Below, one piece after another: positions 52,871-64,000 of a DNA stretch of 64,000 nucleotides. Each line of letters opens with the position of its first letter. Position 1 is the first letter of the stretch. A program made the translations under genes and the position numbers. The stretch comes from Octopus bimaculoides (Eukaryota), in NCBI RefSeq assembly GCF_001194135.2, contig NC_068985.1, forward strand, positions 85,389,432-85,453,431, given 5' to 3'. The notes beneath the pieces were generated by a model, which did no database searches, was not told the DNA's origin, and saw nothing but the letters and a program-made list of their open reading frames with translations.

Positions 52871-53942
52871 ATCTTCCTGTTTTTTTTTTTTTTTCCCAAA
52901 GCCAGGAACTTTCCAGAAACCCATTCTTTTATTCCCATGAGATTGAATAAGGATCTTTGCTACCCACTCATACAAAAAAGTGCAAGAGCCAAATTCCAAC
53001 AGTGAAGGCCAAGGAGAACTGGTTGATGAGAGCAAAGGAGGCTCCTGAACAAGATGAAGCATCCTATTGAACCAGGGATGATCTGCAACAATTTTGTTCC
53101 TGGTGGTTAATTCTATGATTACATAAAGAACATATTTGGTTTATTTCCTTTTTTAGTGGAGGTTGGTTATTTCCATGTAAGTTTGCATATAAATGTGAAT
53201 TACACTACAGCACAGGCATAAGACATAACATGACATACAATGCTTTGGTTTGGAGATTAATGGTAGGAAGGGTATCCAGTTGCAAAAAAAAAACAAAAAA
53301 AAAACATAAAGCACATCAAGAAATATAAAGAAAAAAGCAAAATGAATTCTTCAACAAGAACTTATCTGATCCATACTATCACAAGAAATCAGAATTAAAA
53401 AATAACCAAAATATTACAAACACACACATATATTTATATATATACTTCTCTTCCAAGCACACAACTGATTTCCTGTCCACTACATGGTTGATTTTCTGTT
53501 CACCATGTAGTATTTTCAAAGTAATTGTTGTCGCTCAAATAACAACATCAAACTGTGACAAAGCATAACATTTCTTGACTAATTGCAGCCCAACCTTCTG
53601 CTAATAACAATTGACTTTCCCCAAACTGGTCTCTCATTCAAATTTCCTATGCCTCAGCATTAGCATTACACTTTGAAGCTTAAGACACCAAGGAAGTTGA
53701 ATCAAACTGTTTTGATCCATCCATCCATACACACATACGTACCTAGATATGTACATACATATGTACTTACCTACATACATATACACACACACACACACAC
53801 AAACACACACATCCCAAATGCACATGAAGGTGGACACATATATATATATGCTTAATATATATTATGTATATACATAATATGTAATATATACATATTACAT
53901 ACATACGTATATATATATATCTACATATATGTGTGTGTGTGT

Positions 53943-54008
<66 letters not shown>

Positions 54009-54479
54009 GTTTGTGTGTGTGTGTGTGTATACATCTATGCGTGTGTGTCTTTGTGTCTGTCCCACACCACCACTTGACAACTGGTGTTGGTATGTTTACA
54101 TCCCCATAACTTAGCTGTTCAGCATGAGGGCTGATAAAATAAGTATCAGGCTTTAAAAAATAAGTCCTGGGGCTAATTTATTTGCTTGAAATAAGTAAAA
54201 GAATCAGAAATGTAAATGTTGTCATGCATACATATACATCATCATCATTTAGTGTCTGCTTCCCATGCTTGCTTGGCTAGACTGTTTGACTGGAAGTGAT
54301 AAACTGGAGAGCTGTGCCACGTATAAAGGCATCCAGGAAGGACATCCAGTTGGAGAAACCATGTCAAAACAGATAATGGAGTCTTAATTCCAATATCTTT
54401 CTTTTTCATAGGTCACAATTTGGGTGACATGCCAACTACCCGCATTTACCACAAGAATAATTGTCGTCTTTGTTTTCCA

Positions 54480-55000
54480 CAATCTCTTCATCTCTCTCTG
54501 GTTAGGTCCTGGTATGTCTCAGTTTTTTAAAATTCTTTGATATCCCTACTGTTATTATATGGTATTGCGAAGTCTATGATTTTATACTGTCCATTTATTT
54601 TGATCTCTTTAATCATATCTGTCCCCTTGATTCAGTCTCTAGTTTGTGTTCTTTTAGATAACATCCCAATGCACTCTTTTATCTACAGCTATGCCAAAGC
54701 TTATACGCTTTTTGTGTTAGCTTACTGCATCAATTCAGGTGATGTTAATACTTTTGTCTCCCCTTCTGCAGATTCTGTTTCCTGTCTGGCTGAGTTTTAT
54801 CAATCTTTATCAGATTTGTCCTGATGACTTGTTCCTGAGTAGCACCTTGGTTTCTTGTTTCAGGTTTCTATCTGTCAGCCGTAACCAGTGTTCTTTACTT
54901 CCAAGGTCCTCAGTTTGTTGCACAGATTGCTCGTGTAATTCTATTTATTCCCATCTGCTTCTTCCATTGTTCTTCCTTCTGGTCTTGAAGTAATCAATAT
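54480..55000 (-). mobile_element. R4-like LINE internal fragment
   Basis: Minus strand LHEQ..QQTEDLGSKEHW..NLKQETKVL and TNLIK..DKTQPD..CRRGDKSIN, the same region as in 6835-7480. Confidence 0.6.
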
Positions 55001-55234
55001 TTGCAAGCATTATTAACTAACTTTACAAGACTGACGGCATTGAACTAACAATTTTAAATACATTTACTTTCTTACTCCACTCTTCTTATTTGTCATAATA
55101 AAATCTTTTGGGATATTTGTAGATTTTCAGATATTTGTTTAGTAGAACAAACAACGTCCAGTATGCAGCCATATCTGGTAACCAGCATTTCAGAATGACC
55201 TTAATATGATGAACACCAGGTTTATATATACATG

Positions 55235-55301
<67 letters not shown>

Positions 55302-55511
55302 TTCGTTTTTTTGTATGCTCACAAACAGATAAAAGAAAAAGAACACAGCTCTGATAACAGACAGAGTTAATGACTATTGAAAAGGCTGCAAGATGCAATG
55401 AGAATTTTAGTAGAAATAAATAAGTAAATGAATGGAAATCAAACCGGTGAGTGTGTTAAATTAATAAGGCACTAAAAGAGAAAAACTGTCTCCAGACACA
55501 ATAATATATAT

Positions 55512-55550
<39 letters not shown>

Positions 55551-55669
55551 TATATGTCTGTGTGTGTATGTATGTATATATATATATATATATATATCAT
55601 CATACATATTATATGCATATATTTATATGTGTGCGTGATGCTTATATGTGTGTGTGATATGGACAGGTG

Positions 55670-56750
55670 TATAAAGAAGAGCTGATTTCTAATTGTGGAG
55701 GGAACCGTCATAAGGGATAAACTCAGGAAGATGTGGGACAAAGGGGTGAGAAAGGATCTTCAGACAGACGTTGAGCCTCAAAGAGGAGATGACGAGGGAC
55801 CCAGACTTCTGGCGATCTGCTCTGCTTGAGAAGATTCATCAAGCTGAGTAAATCAAAGCCATCCATATATACAGGCAGCTCCTTTATGGCCATAACTCCC
55901 TTCCCCTCACACAGACAAGCGCATGCACATGCACACACACACACACAACTCTGTCCTCTGGCAAAAATCCCCTACAACCCATTTTCCCCCCACATCCCCA
56001 ATGCCACTCCTCCAGTTCCGCTCAACATCACTTGCTATCTCTCTCACTCTAATGGAACATCTCCTCTGCACTACTTACACTCCCTGCACCACTGTTTTCT
56101 ATGTGTGGGCCTTCTCTCTCTCACTCTGCCTTTCTCTCTTACTTCTATCTGTTTCCTTGCCCAACTAGGGTAGCCATGAATCTCCTCAGTAGTAAGACAG
56201 CTATGCCTGTCCCTCTATCATATTCCAGCCTCTCTCACCTGGCCCATGCTTATTTCTCCAGGTTCCTCACCCTCTCTCAGCTGAGATGTCCTTGTCTTGC
56301 AGGCCACTTGCCCGGTGAACCCACACGTACTGTTGCCAACATCCTGTCAAAAGGCACTCATGCTGGTGCGACATTAGTGGAATCTGTGCCGGTACCACAT
56401 AAGGAGCACCTAGGCCAGTGCCATGTAAACAACACTCATACTGGGACAACATAGAAAACACTCATACGTGCACTGCATGAAGAGCACTCGTGCTGCCACC
56501 ATGTAAAGAACACCCATACCAATGCCACATAAAAAAGTACTCGGGTGTGATGGGTGCTTTTTACATGGTGCCAGCGCCCATACAGGTGCCACATAAAAAG
56601 CACCCAGTACACTCTGTAAAATGGTTGGTGTTAGGAAGGGCAGCCAACCATAGAAATCATATCAAAACTGATGACTAGAGCCTAGGATAGTCTCTTGTCA
56701 AACCATCCAACCCATGCCAGCATGGGAAACAGGCATTAAATTATGATAAT
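55670..56750 (+). mobile_element. RTE LINE 3' fragment with long 3' UTR
   Basis: VEGT..KLRKMWDKGVRKDLQ..EEMTRDPDFWRSALLEK, followed by UTR subrepeats and the shared ccatccaacccatgccagcatgg terminus. Confidence 0.7.
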
Positions 56751-56960
56751 GAGGAGATATATATATATATATATATAATTTGATTTTCTTGTTTTGTATC
56801 TTTCTCTTTTGCATAAATTATTTGAAATATTAAGCAATAACACAATTTCTTTGTTGTATATTCTTTCCCTTATATTGATATTTGCATCAAGCTGAGTTGT
56901 GTCTTTGAAATATTCCTTTAAGTGTGTGTATGTCTATATATATATATATATATATTCATA

Positions 56961-58100
56961 CAGAGTGTGAGGTGTACTTGAGGACGCTTAATTATCAGTA
57001 TATTACTTTTTCAAATCAATCAACAGGTTTCTTTTAGAAACCTCATGGCAGATAAATTGTTAATACAAGAAATGAAAAGATATGCAGTTATTGTTGCCAC
57101 ATGTGTGAAACACAGCAATTTAGAAATTGCTAACTTTCTAAATGCTGTAAGATGTTTTGTATACAAAGTTCCAGTGGAATTGGAATCCTCTGGTAGGAAT
57201 GTTTCAATTCTATCAAAGAGAAAAAAACATCTTAAACACTATAAGGACACTGCATCCAATGAATTCAAAACATTGTCAAAGATGATTCTGGAAAATCAAT
57301 GAAGGCCATCGTTAAAGGGTTTCAAGTGTTGGAGTGGACTATTAGAACTGTGGTGCATAAGAACATTCAGTACTTGTTGTGCGTACTGAAGAAAGGCCAA
57401 TTTATGTCTGCAAAGACACAGGAGGATCATTTGAATCATACTGAGTGGTTACTTGTAAATGTTAAAAATCCTCATGAATATGGCTTGCTTTGTTTCTTCT
57501 CTGATCAGAAAAAAATTCAATTATGGCCAAAAATCTAACAGCTTTAAATAAAAAATTTACAGATCCTGCTGATGTTTCCCATAATGAAGCACACCAAGTT
57601 TCCAGCTGTGATCATTCTAGGAGTGGTGAGTAATGATGGTCATGTCATGCTACCTCACATCTTTCCATTGGTTCTTAGAATTAATGCTACTGGATTCAGA
57701 CAGTTGTTAAGCCTTGGATTGATGAAGTACATAGTAGAAGACCATATGTATTTCAACAAAACTCAGCACCTTCCCACAAAGCCAATGTAGCCCAAGAATG
57801 GATGTCAGACAAACTTGAAAGAAGTAAATCTTGTGTTCGGAGCACTGTTGGAAGGGAGACTGATCAACATCCTTACAATGATATAGCAGCACTGAAGGCT
57901 CCCATTGTCCAGATGATGTCCGAAAATGTATAAGGATCACTTAGGGCAGGCATATCAACAATTCTGGTCCTGCATTGAAGCAATGAAGATGGATTCAGAG
58001 AATAAGTACACACAGTTTTATTAAAATGTATTTGGGTTTTGCTAAATTAGAGTTATTTTATTTATTATCAGCTATGTCCTCAAATACTTCTTATACCCAG
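56961..58100 (+). mobile_element. Tc1/mariner superfamily transposon, maT/Bmmar1-like, decayed
   Basis: TA-flanked degenerate TIRs (18/25 match). MKRYAVIV..HSNLEIANFL, GQFMSAKTQ, FFSDQKK, MKHTKFPAVIILGVVSNDGHVMLPHIFP, QQNSAPSHK. The third catalytic-residue region is deleted, so DD37D spacing cannot be confirmed. Confidence 0.8.
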
Positions 58101-59004
58101 TATGTGTGAGTGTGTTGTGTGTGTGTGTTTGTGAGTGTGTCTGAGTGAGTTAGTGTGCATGAGGAAAGGATGTAAACAGTAGTGACAAAGCTGGAGAAAT
58201 TTCTTTAAAATCCCATATAATATTTGTTCTACACTGAGTAACATATACTCTCTTGGAACCAATAATGATATTGCTCACCAACAGAGCTATTAAATAACAT
58301 CGGTGTGTGTGTGTGTGCGTACATATATGAGCAGTATATATGATTATGTTTGACTTTTTTTTGAAAATGGACAAATAAGTTTGTCATAGAAATGACTATG
58401 ATGAAAGTTTCACAGTGGAAAGCGGGTATTAAAGCTAGTTGCTGATTGTGTCATAGGGTAAGGGCAACCCTGGATCATTGCAGACTTAAATGAATGTGAC
58501 TTTGAAAATTTGCGACATAGTAGCAAAGTTGTAAAAGCAAAAGTACTGAAGTGTTTTCATAAAGATAATCATTTCTGTTTGCTATACGATGACATATATC
58601 TATAAAAGAACCTGTACCTGTGCAAGGGTTAGAATGCATGTGTGTGTCTTTGTGGAGGTTGTAATCCCTGGAGTCCATCAGAAAATACTGATTAAACTGT
58701 GAAGTGTATACATAAAGAAAGAAAACGTTAGCAGCTTGACCAATATATACGTCACAGTTCCAGTGACTTAACTCTGGTATACAGATTATGGAATTACAGG
58801 TATCATTGATGATGATATGGAATATAAACAATTCCTTTGATATATTCTTTTCAAATGGTTTAATATATGTCCTGAAAACTCATTTTACAATTACTCCATA
58901 CCACCATCATCATCACTACTACTACTACCATGTTGATGCTTGATCACTGGGTGAGTAAGGTTTATATTTTCAACATGCATCATTAATCTTCTTCAGTTAC
59001 TCAC

Positions 59005-59115
59005 CTGAGTCAGTGTTTTTATATCTATGGTATATCACACAAGCTAAAATAATGATTAAAATGACTGCTACACTTCCTACGGCGCCACCAATTATATATG
59101 GCATTGGTAAGACAT
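59005..59115 (-). CDS. KIRREL: Transmembrane exon of KIRREL-like protein (111 nt, phase 1-1)
   Basis: Acceptor ctaatgctctttcttctattgcag| has a branch-like CTAAT; donor is CAG|GTGAGT. Open frame (D)VLPMPYIIGGAVGSVAVILIIILACVIYHRYKNTDS(G) is a hydrophobic helix followed by a basic stop-transfer segment. Confidence 0.88.
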
Positions 59116-59749
59116 CTGCAATAGAAGAAAGAGCATTAGCAACAGTGTTGAGAGAGTTCTTTTGATGTAAAAGGTAAAATTTATTGAGTATTTGTCAGTA
59201 ACGAGAATGTCATATGAGTATTTCATGGAAATTACAATGGTGACATTGATTTGAAGATAGGTTGTTGTATCCACAGTAAACTAGACCTTTGTGAGTGAAC
59301 ATCAAAATCATCATCATTTTACAATTTTATTCTTTTATTACTGGCCTTAATCATTGGCTTGTGGCCATGCTGGAGCACCACCAACAAGTGCTTCAGTAAA
59401 ATAGTTACATCAATATGCATATATTTATGTCTGCTGCTCATTTTATCAAACCCTGCTCATTGAATGGCTAAGTTAACTTGTTTTTAGACAGCTGTCTTCC
59501 TTTAGTGATATTAATCCTATTTCTCTTTATTTATAGAAGTTGAGATAGTTATGGCTTCTACAATTAAGAAGATTAAGGGTATATATGAAGTGAAATTGTT
59601 GCTACCAAGAATCAAAACCAATTTTGCAAATTTGGATCTCTGTTTAAGAAATAACCAGAAGACCATTGTTTAATAAAACAAACAACTTTTGAATTTTTTC
59701 TATCCAAAGGATTTTTCATCTCAATATTTATCTGCTACTATTTACAGCT

Positions 59750-59948
59750 TTCTGGCAGATTCATTAGCATGCCAGACAAAATGCTTAGTGATATTTCATC
59801 TGTCTTTACATTCTGAGTTCAAATTCCACTAAGGTCGATTTTGCTTATCATCCTTTCGGGGTTGATACCAGTCAAGTATTGGGGTCGGTGTGATTGACTG
59901 TAACTCCTCCCCACAAAATTCCAGGCAGTGTGACTATAGCAGAAAGCA
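59750..59948 (+). mobile_element. SINE copy (family of 23324-23515)
   Basis: Co-linear match to 23324-23515. Confidence 0.75.
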
Positions 59949-60147
59949 TTATTTATAACTTTTATACAATCAGTTCAATTGTTGAAAATGAGTTATTTCT
60001 AGGATCTCTCAAAAGTTTATAAATTCTTATGATGTGATGTTAACAACATATGGATGTACAAGCTTGGTCATGTGGTTCATTTAATGTAAACATGTGGGAG
60101 AAATATGTGCAGCTTTCGCTAGGGACTGTATATAATGGAGACTCACA

Positions 60148-60178
<31 letters not shown>

Positions 60179-60181
<3 letters not shown>

Positions 60182-60885
60182 GAGTCCTGGACAGTCTCCC
60201 AGCGTCATGCCAGGAGGCTGAACCACTTTGATACAACAAGTCTCAGAAAACTTCTCGGCATAAAGTAGCAGTACAGGATCCCGGNNNNNNNNNNCAGCGT
60301 CATGCCAGGAGGCTGAACCACTTTGATACAACAAGTCTCAGAAAACTTCTCGGCATAAAGTAGCAGTACAGGATCCCGGACACCGAGGTACTAATACATG
60401 CTAACCTGCTCAGCATCCATACCATCTTGATGCAGTCTCAGCTTCGCTGGGCAGGGCACGTAGCTCACATGTCAGATGATCGACTACCAAAAAGATTGCT
60501 CTTTGGCGAGCTGCAAAAGGGAAAGCGCTCACAAGGCGGCCAGAAGAAGCGCTTTAAGGACACACTGAAAGCCTCACTAAAAGCCTTCAACATCGACCAT
60601 GCAACTTGGGAGCAGTCTGCTCTGGACAGAGAAAGGTGGCGATCAGCTGTCCACATGTGAGACCAATAGGATCGCTGCTGCAGAAGACTGCAGACAAGCC
60701 AGGAAGAACAGAGCTAACAACTCTGTAGTAGGCGTTACCATTCCCTGTCCACACTGTCAAAGACACTTTCAGGCGCAGATTGGCCTCACTAGCCATCTGC
60801 TGACCCACAAAAAAAGCCCACCTCCACCCCATAGGATGAATAGAGGGTCTTCGTCGCATCGACAGACAAACCACACATGTATGTA
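60179..60885 (+). mobile_element. RTE LINE 3' fragment (second family) with C-terminal C2H2 finger
   Basis: CESWTV..RRLNHF..LRKLLGIK, QLRWAGHVAHM.D.RLPKRLLFGEL..GKRSQGGQKKRFKDTLK, then CPHCQRHFQAQIGLTSHLLTH. Confidence 0.85.
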
Positions 60886-61271
60886 TGTATGTATGTATGT
60901 ATAGCAGCATAATAAAAAGAAAGTTCTTGGTACAATATCATATATTTGAAAAAATGAGTAGAGATCGTTTTTTTGTGGGGCATAATTTTTGTTTTAAATA
61001 ATAATATTTCGAGTGAGTTACTCTGTTNNNNNNNNNNNNNNNNNNNNNNNNNNNNNNNNNNNNNNNNNNNNNNNNNNNNNNNNNNNNNNNNNNNNNNNNN
61101 NNNNNNNNNNNNNNNNNNNNNNNNNNNNNNNNNNNNNNNNNNNNNNNNNNNNNNNNNNNNNNNNNNNNNNNNNNNNNNNNNNNNNNNNNNNNNNNNNNNN
61201 NNNNNNNNNNNNNNNNNNNNNNNNNNNNNNNNNNNNNNNNNNNNNNNNNNNNNNNNNNNNNNNNNNNNNNN

Positions 61272-61309
<38 letters not shown>

Positions 61310-63937
61310 AGAATAGATTATAATTTTTTATGAATAGTACAAAAATTGTAGAATCTAGGGAGTGTTTTCTTTTTTGAATAACAATGATTTTATTTGGAAG
61401 TTATTCAGTGTAGAAGGGGCAATTCTTATGACCTTTGCACCCTTCCCAGAGAGGTGAGACTGATGCAGCTAATGTACATTCTGAACATCACAAGCAGGTA
61501 AATGCCTGCAAGAAAAAAATCAGTGGGAAGGGAACTGACAGTCTAAGGCAAATGTTCCCACCAGAATAAAGGAACACACGTAGCAAGAAGTAGAGTGAAA
61601 CTGAGGTCTACCACAAAATAACTAATTGAATTTAAGAGGCTGATATATTGTGTGGTTTTCTTGTGGAATTGAAATCAGTCAACAAACCTCTTGTGAATTC
61701 CACAAAACTGTCAGCTTATTGTTTACAGTGGCAAGTTATATCCAGAACTCCAGAACTCACTTACAACTAAGAGGATCTGTTGATTGAGTTATAGATGTCT
61801 TGGCCACAAACACAACATTGTGTAGAGTCAGTGGTTAAATGAACTGCCAAATGTCTTTGCTGATCATCTACTGGCCTAATGGCTCAGTTGTCACTGCTTT
61901 AATTGAAGGGTGTATATGAAGGAAGTGTATATATGAAAAGAAAATCTTTCTGTTTGGATCCTAATCCTCTCCATAAAAATGTTTTCATTTACACTTTTTC
62001 ATATATCTGTGAGAGATATTAAATAGCTGATGTACAAAACTGAACGAAAGTATTGAGTTCTATTCAACTTGTTTGTACTACTAAACTTATGTGTCTGTGT
62101 ATGTTTATATTCCATGCTGTCACTGCTTGAGTGAAGAAATACCGATGTTGCCATTATGGTCAATTACTTAGTGCAATTAAAAATCAGTTGAAACAAAGAA
62201 ATCTCTTATGTGAAAAGCAGTTAAGAACTGATGGCAGGAAGAATGTTTGGTGGAAAAATCTTGCCTCAAATTATTTCCTTCAAAACCCATTCTAGCATGG
62301 AAAAATGAACATTAAAATGAACTAATAAATAATTATGCCAAAGAAATTGAATGAACTCAGTAAATTATTTTTGCTAATTTTACTGTCCTTGAAGAAAGTG
62401 AAAGTAGAGCTGTAGATGTTTAAACTTATGTAAAAACTAACACTTCCTTCAAGCTTAGATTCGAAACCGAATCTGAGCCACCACTGATAAAACAGGCACA
62501 AAAGAAATTCAACAAATTAATGTAGTGGAAACATGTGTATAACACCAGCAAATGCAGGTCCCGTAAATAAATCATTTAAACTTTAAAAAGATGTTATTCA
62601 TTTGTTTATTTTGAAGGCAACCACATTCCTATCGCATTTGTTTACCTCAACACATTCTGAGACACTTTTTCCACTACACTTACATCAACCCTAATCAAGC
62701 ATCTTTTTTTAATTAAAGATTGTCCATGCAATCTTTATTTTAGCCAGTGTTAGAGGTTCTGAAATGTGTCTGTGTCTTTATTTTAAAATGGTAGACTGAG
62801 TTAATTGCTGTTTCTAGCCTGATGAATGGTTGTGTACCTTTTTTAAATTGGTTTACATAATGTTACTAGGTTCAACATCTCTCTAGATCCTTAATGTCTA
62901 TAGTGTAAATCCTGTTTGCTGTAAGTATTCAAAGCAGATCCCCTGTTTGAAGATAACTCAATATCTTGATGTGCTACTTCCCTTCTGCCACACTCCATGA
63001 ATGACAAAAGCCTTTTGCAAGTCATGGTTAATTGCTGTTTTAATTATCCTTGCAAATGCATTACATAAACGAGTCATTCTATCCTTGATTTTTATTTCTT
63101 TATTGATTCTTTTTCATGAGCCAGAGTGAGAGTTTCTATATGGTCACTTGACCTGCTAAAAATAATAAGTATATATTCCTCAAAATCACATATTATTGTC
63201 TTAAAAAGGATAATACACATGTGGGTTCCTTATGTCGAATTAAGAAGAAGTTAATGGGATGGTCATGGTTGGTATATTTTGATCACAGATTCGTTCACTC
63301 AGGATAGACCCAAGGCTAAAGAACAGCATAAAGACTTCACTTTTTTTATATATGATGTATTAAGCAACAAAATATTCTATGTGCTCACTAAACTTGACAT
63401 AACCTGACTAATCTGATTGACCATGGTAGCAAAAATAGTTGCAGAGACTCTTGAGGCCAACATATGAACCTTCTTTGTGAGCACTCAACATGCTATAAAT
63501 AGCAACTAATTCTCTCTCAAATCACACCTTTTTTTAAAAATTTTAATGTCCATTTACTATGCTGAGCAGTTAAATCTTCCTCAAATTACATCATACTGTC
63601 TTAAAAAGGTTACATTGGATATTGTAGCTGTCCATTTACTGTATCTGAATAAAAAATGGGTTACAGCATCTTTGATTGCAGGTTTACTCAATTGGAGTTG
63701 ACCTGATGCTTCACAACAATCACAGAAAAGGCATGACACATTGGATAATGGAGCTCCACAGCATAATGTAGTCCTACATATGATATGTTTGAAATAAATA
63801 GAGATGATCATAGCTTGAGCGTCTTTGATCAAGTCTTCTTATTGAAAGCTGACCTAGGGTTTAACAACAACTACTTAAGGAGACAGCTTTGTTTTTGAAA
63901 GAAGTGACAAAAGAATTATTCTGAGATGGACACTTAC

Positions 63938-64000
63938 CTTTCTCAGCCAGTGTAATAATGGCTATATCTTCACCATATTTGTTGGCCACACTGCAGTTGT
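63938..64000 (-). CDS. KIRREL: Exon (runs off window end) encoding the end of the membrane-proximal Ig domain of a KIRREL/Neph1/kirre-like adhesion protein
   Basis: Minus strand reads (Y)NCSVANKYGEDIAIITLAEK, an Ig F/G-strand motif (YxCxAxNxxG). It ends at a strong donor AAG|GTAAGT in phase 1, and G+AT joins the next exon to give ...AEKDVLP. This resembles, from memory, the KIRREL1 junction [31 protein letters not shown]. Family assignment is by recalled similarity, not a database search. Confidence 0.8.

Noticed and set aside
56340-56610. Regularly spaced short repeats resembling a CRISPR array
   Set aside because: They are degenerate RTE 3'-UTR subrepeats in a eukaryotic context, with non-unique spacers and no cas genes.
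59070-59170. Plus-strand IYGIGKTSA motif suggesting a nuclease or NTPase
   Set aside because: It is the antisense reading of the KIRREL-like TM exon.
60200-60379. Perfect 85-bp direct duplication flanking a 10-N gap
   Set aside because: Identical sequence on both sides of a gap is typical of unmerged overlapping contig ends; assembly artefact.
2205-61311. Most ORF-track entries (poly-X, CVCV, YIYI, ERER, HTHT, poly-I, poly-Y and poly-N peptides)
   Set aside because: They are translations of N-gaps and microsatellites, which lack stop codons; they are not genes.

Overview
AT-rich, microsatellite-dense eukaryotic scaffold with 8 N-gaps. The repeat families suggest a coleoid cephalopod, probably Octopus (inference). 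No prokaryotic features, CRISPR arrays or rRNA/tRNA genes were found. The host gene is on the minus strand and is missed by the ORF track. Three phase-compatible exons (63938-64000 partial, 59005-59115, 45023-45174) splice to ...YNCSVANKYGEDIAIITLAEK-DVLPMPYIIGGAVGSVAVILIIILACVIYHRYKNTDS-GADSYTDSDSTMEKKKDVKSESPTLMGQWRQDYNKDLYRYSDNFDEVYNSK. This is an Ig-domain end, a single TM helix and a Tyr-rich cytoplasmic start, most like KIRREL/Neph1/kirre; the terminal exon(s) were not found. The rest appears intronic and holds decayed transposons: RTE, R4/Dong-like and CR1-like LINEs, Tc1, mariner and maT-like DNA transposons, and tRNA-derived SINEs. The most notable signal is three Penelope-like element (PLE) loci carrying four minimal type-I hammerhead ribozyme motifs of three different sequences, each with a palindromic or near-palindromic stem III. 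One PLE sits between ~520-bp inverted repeats and another is split by a nested R4-like LINE.
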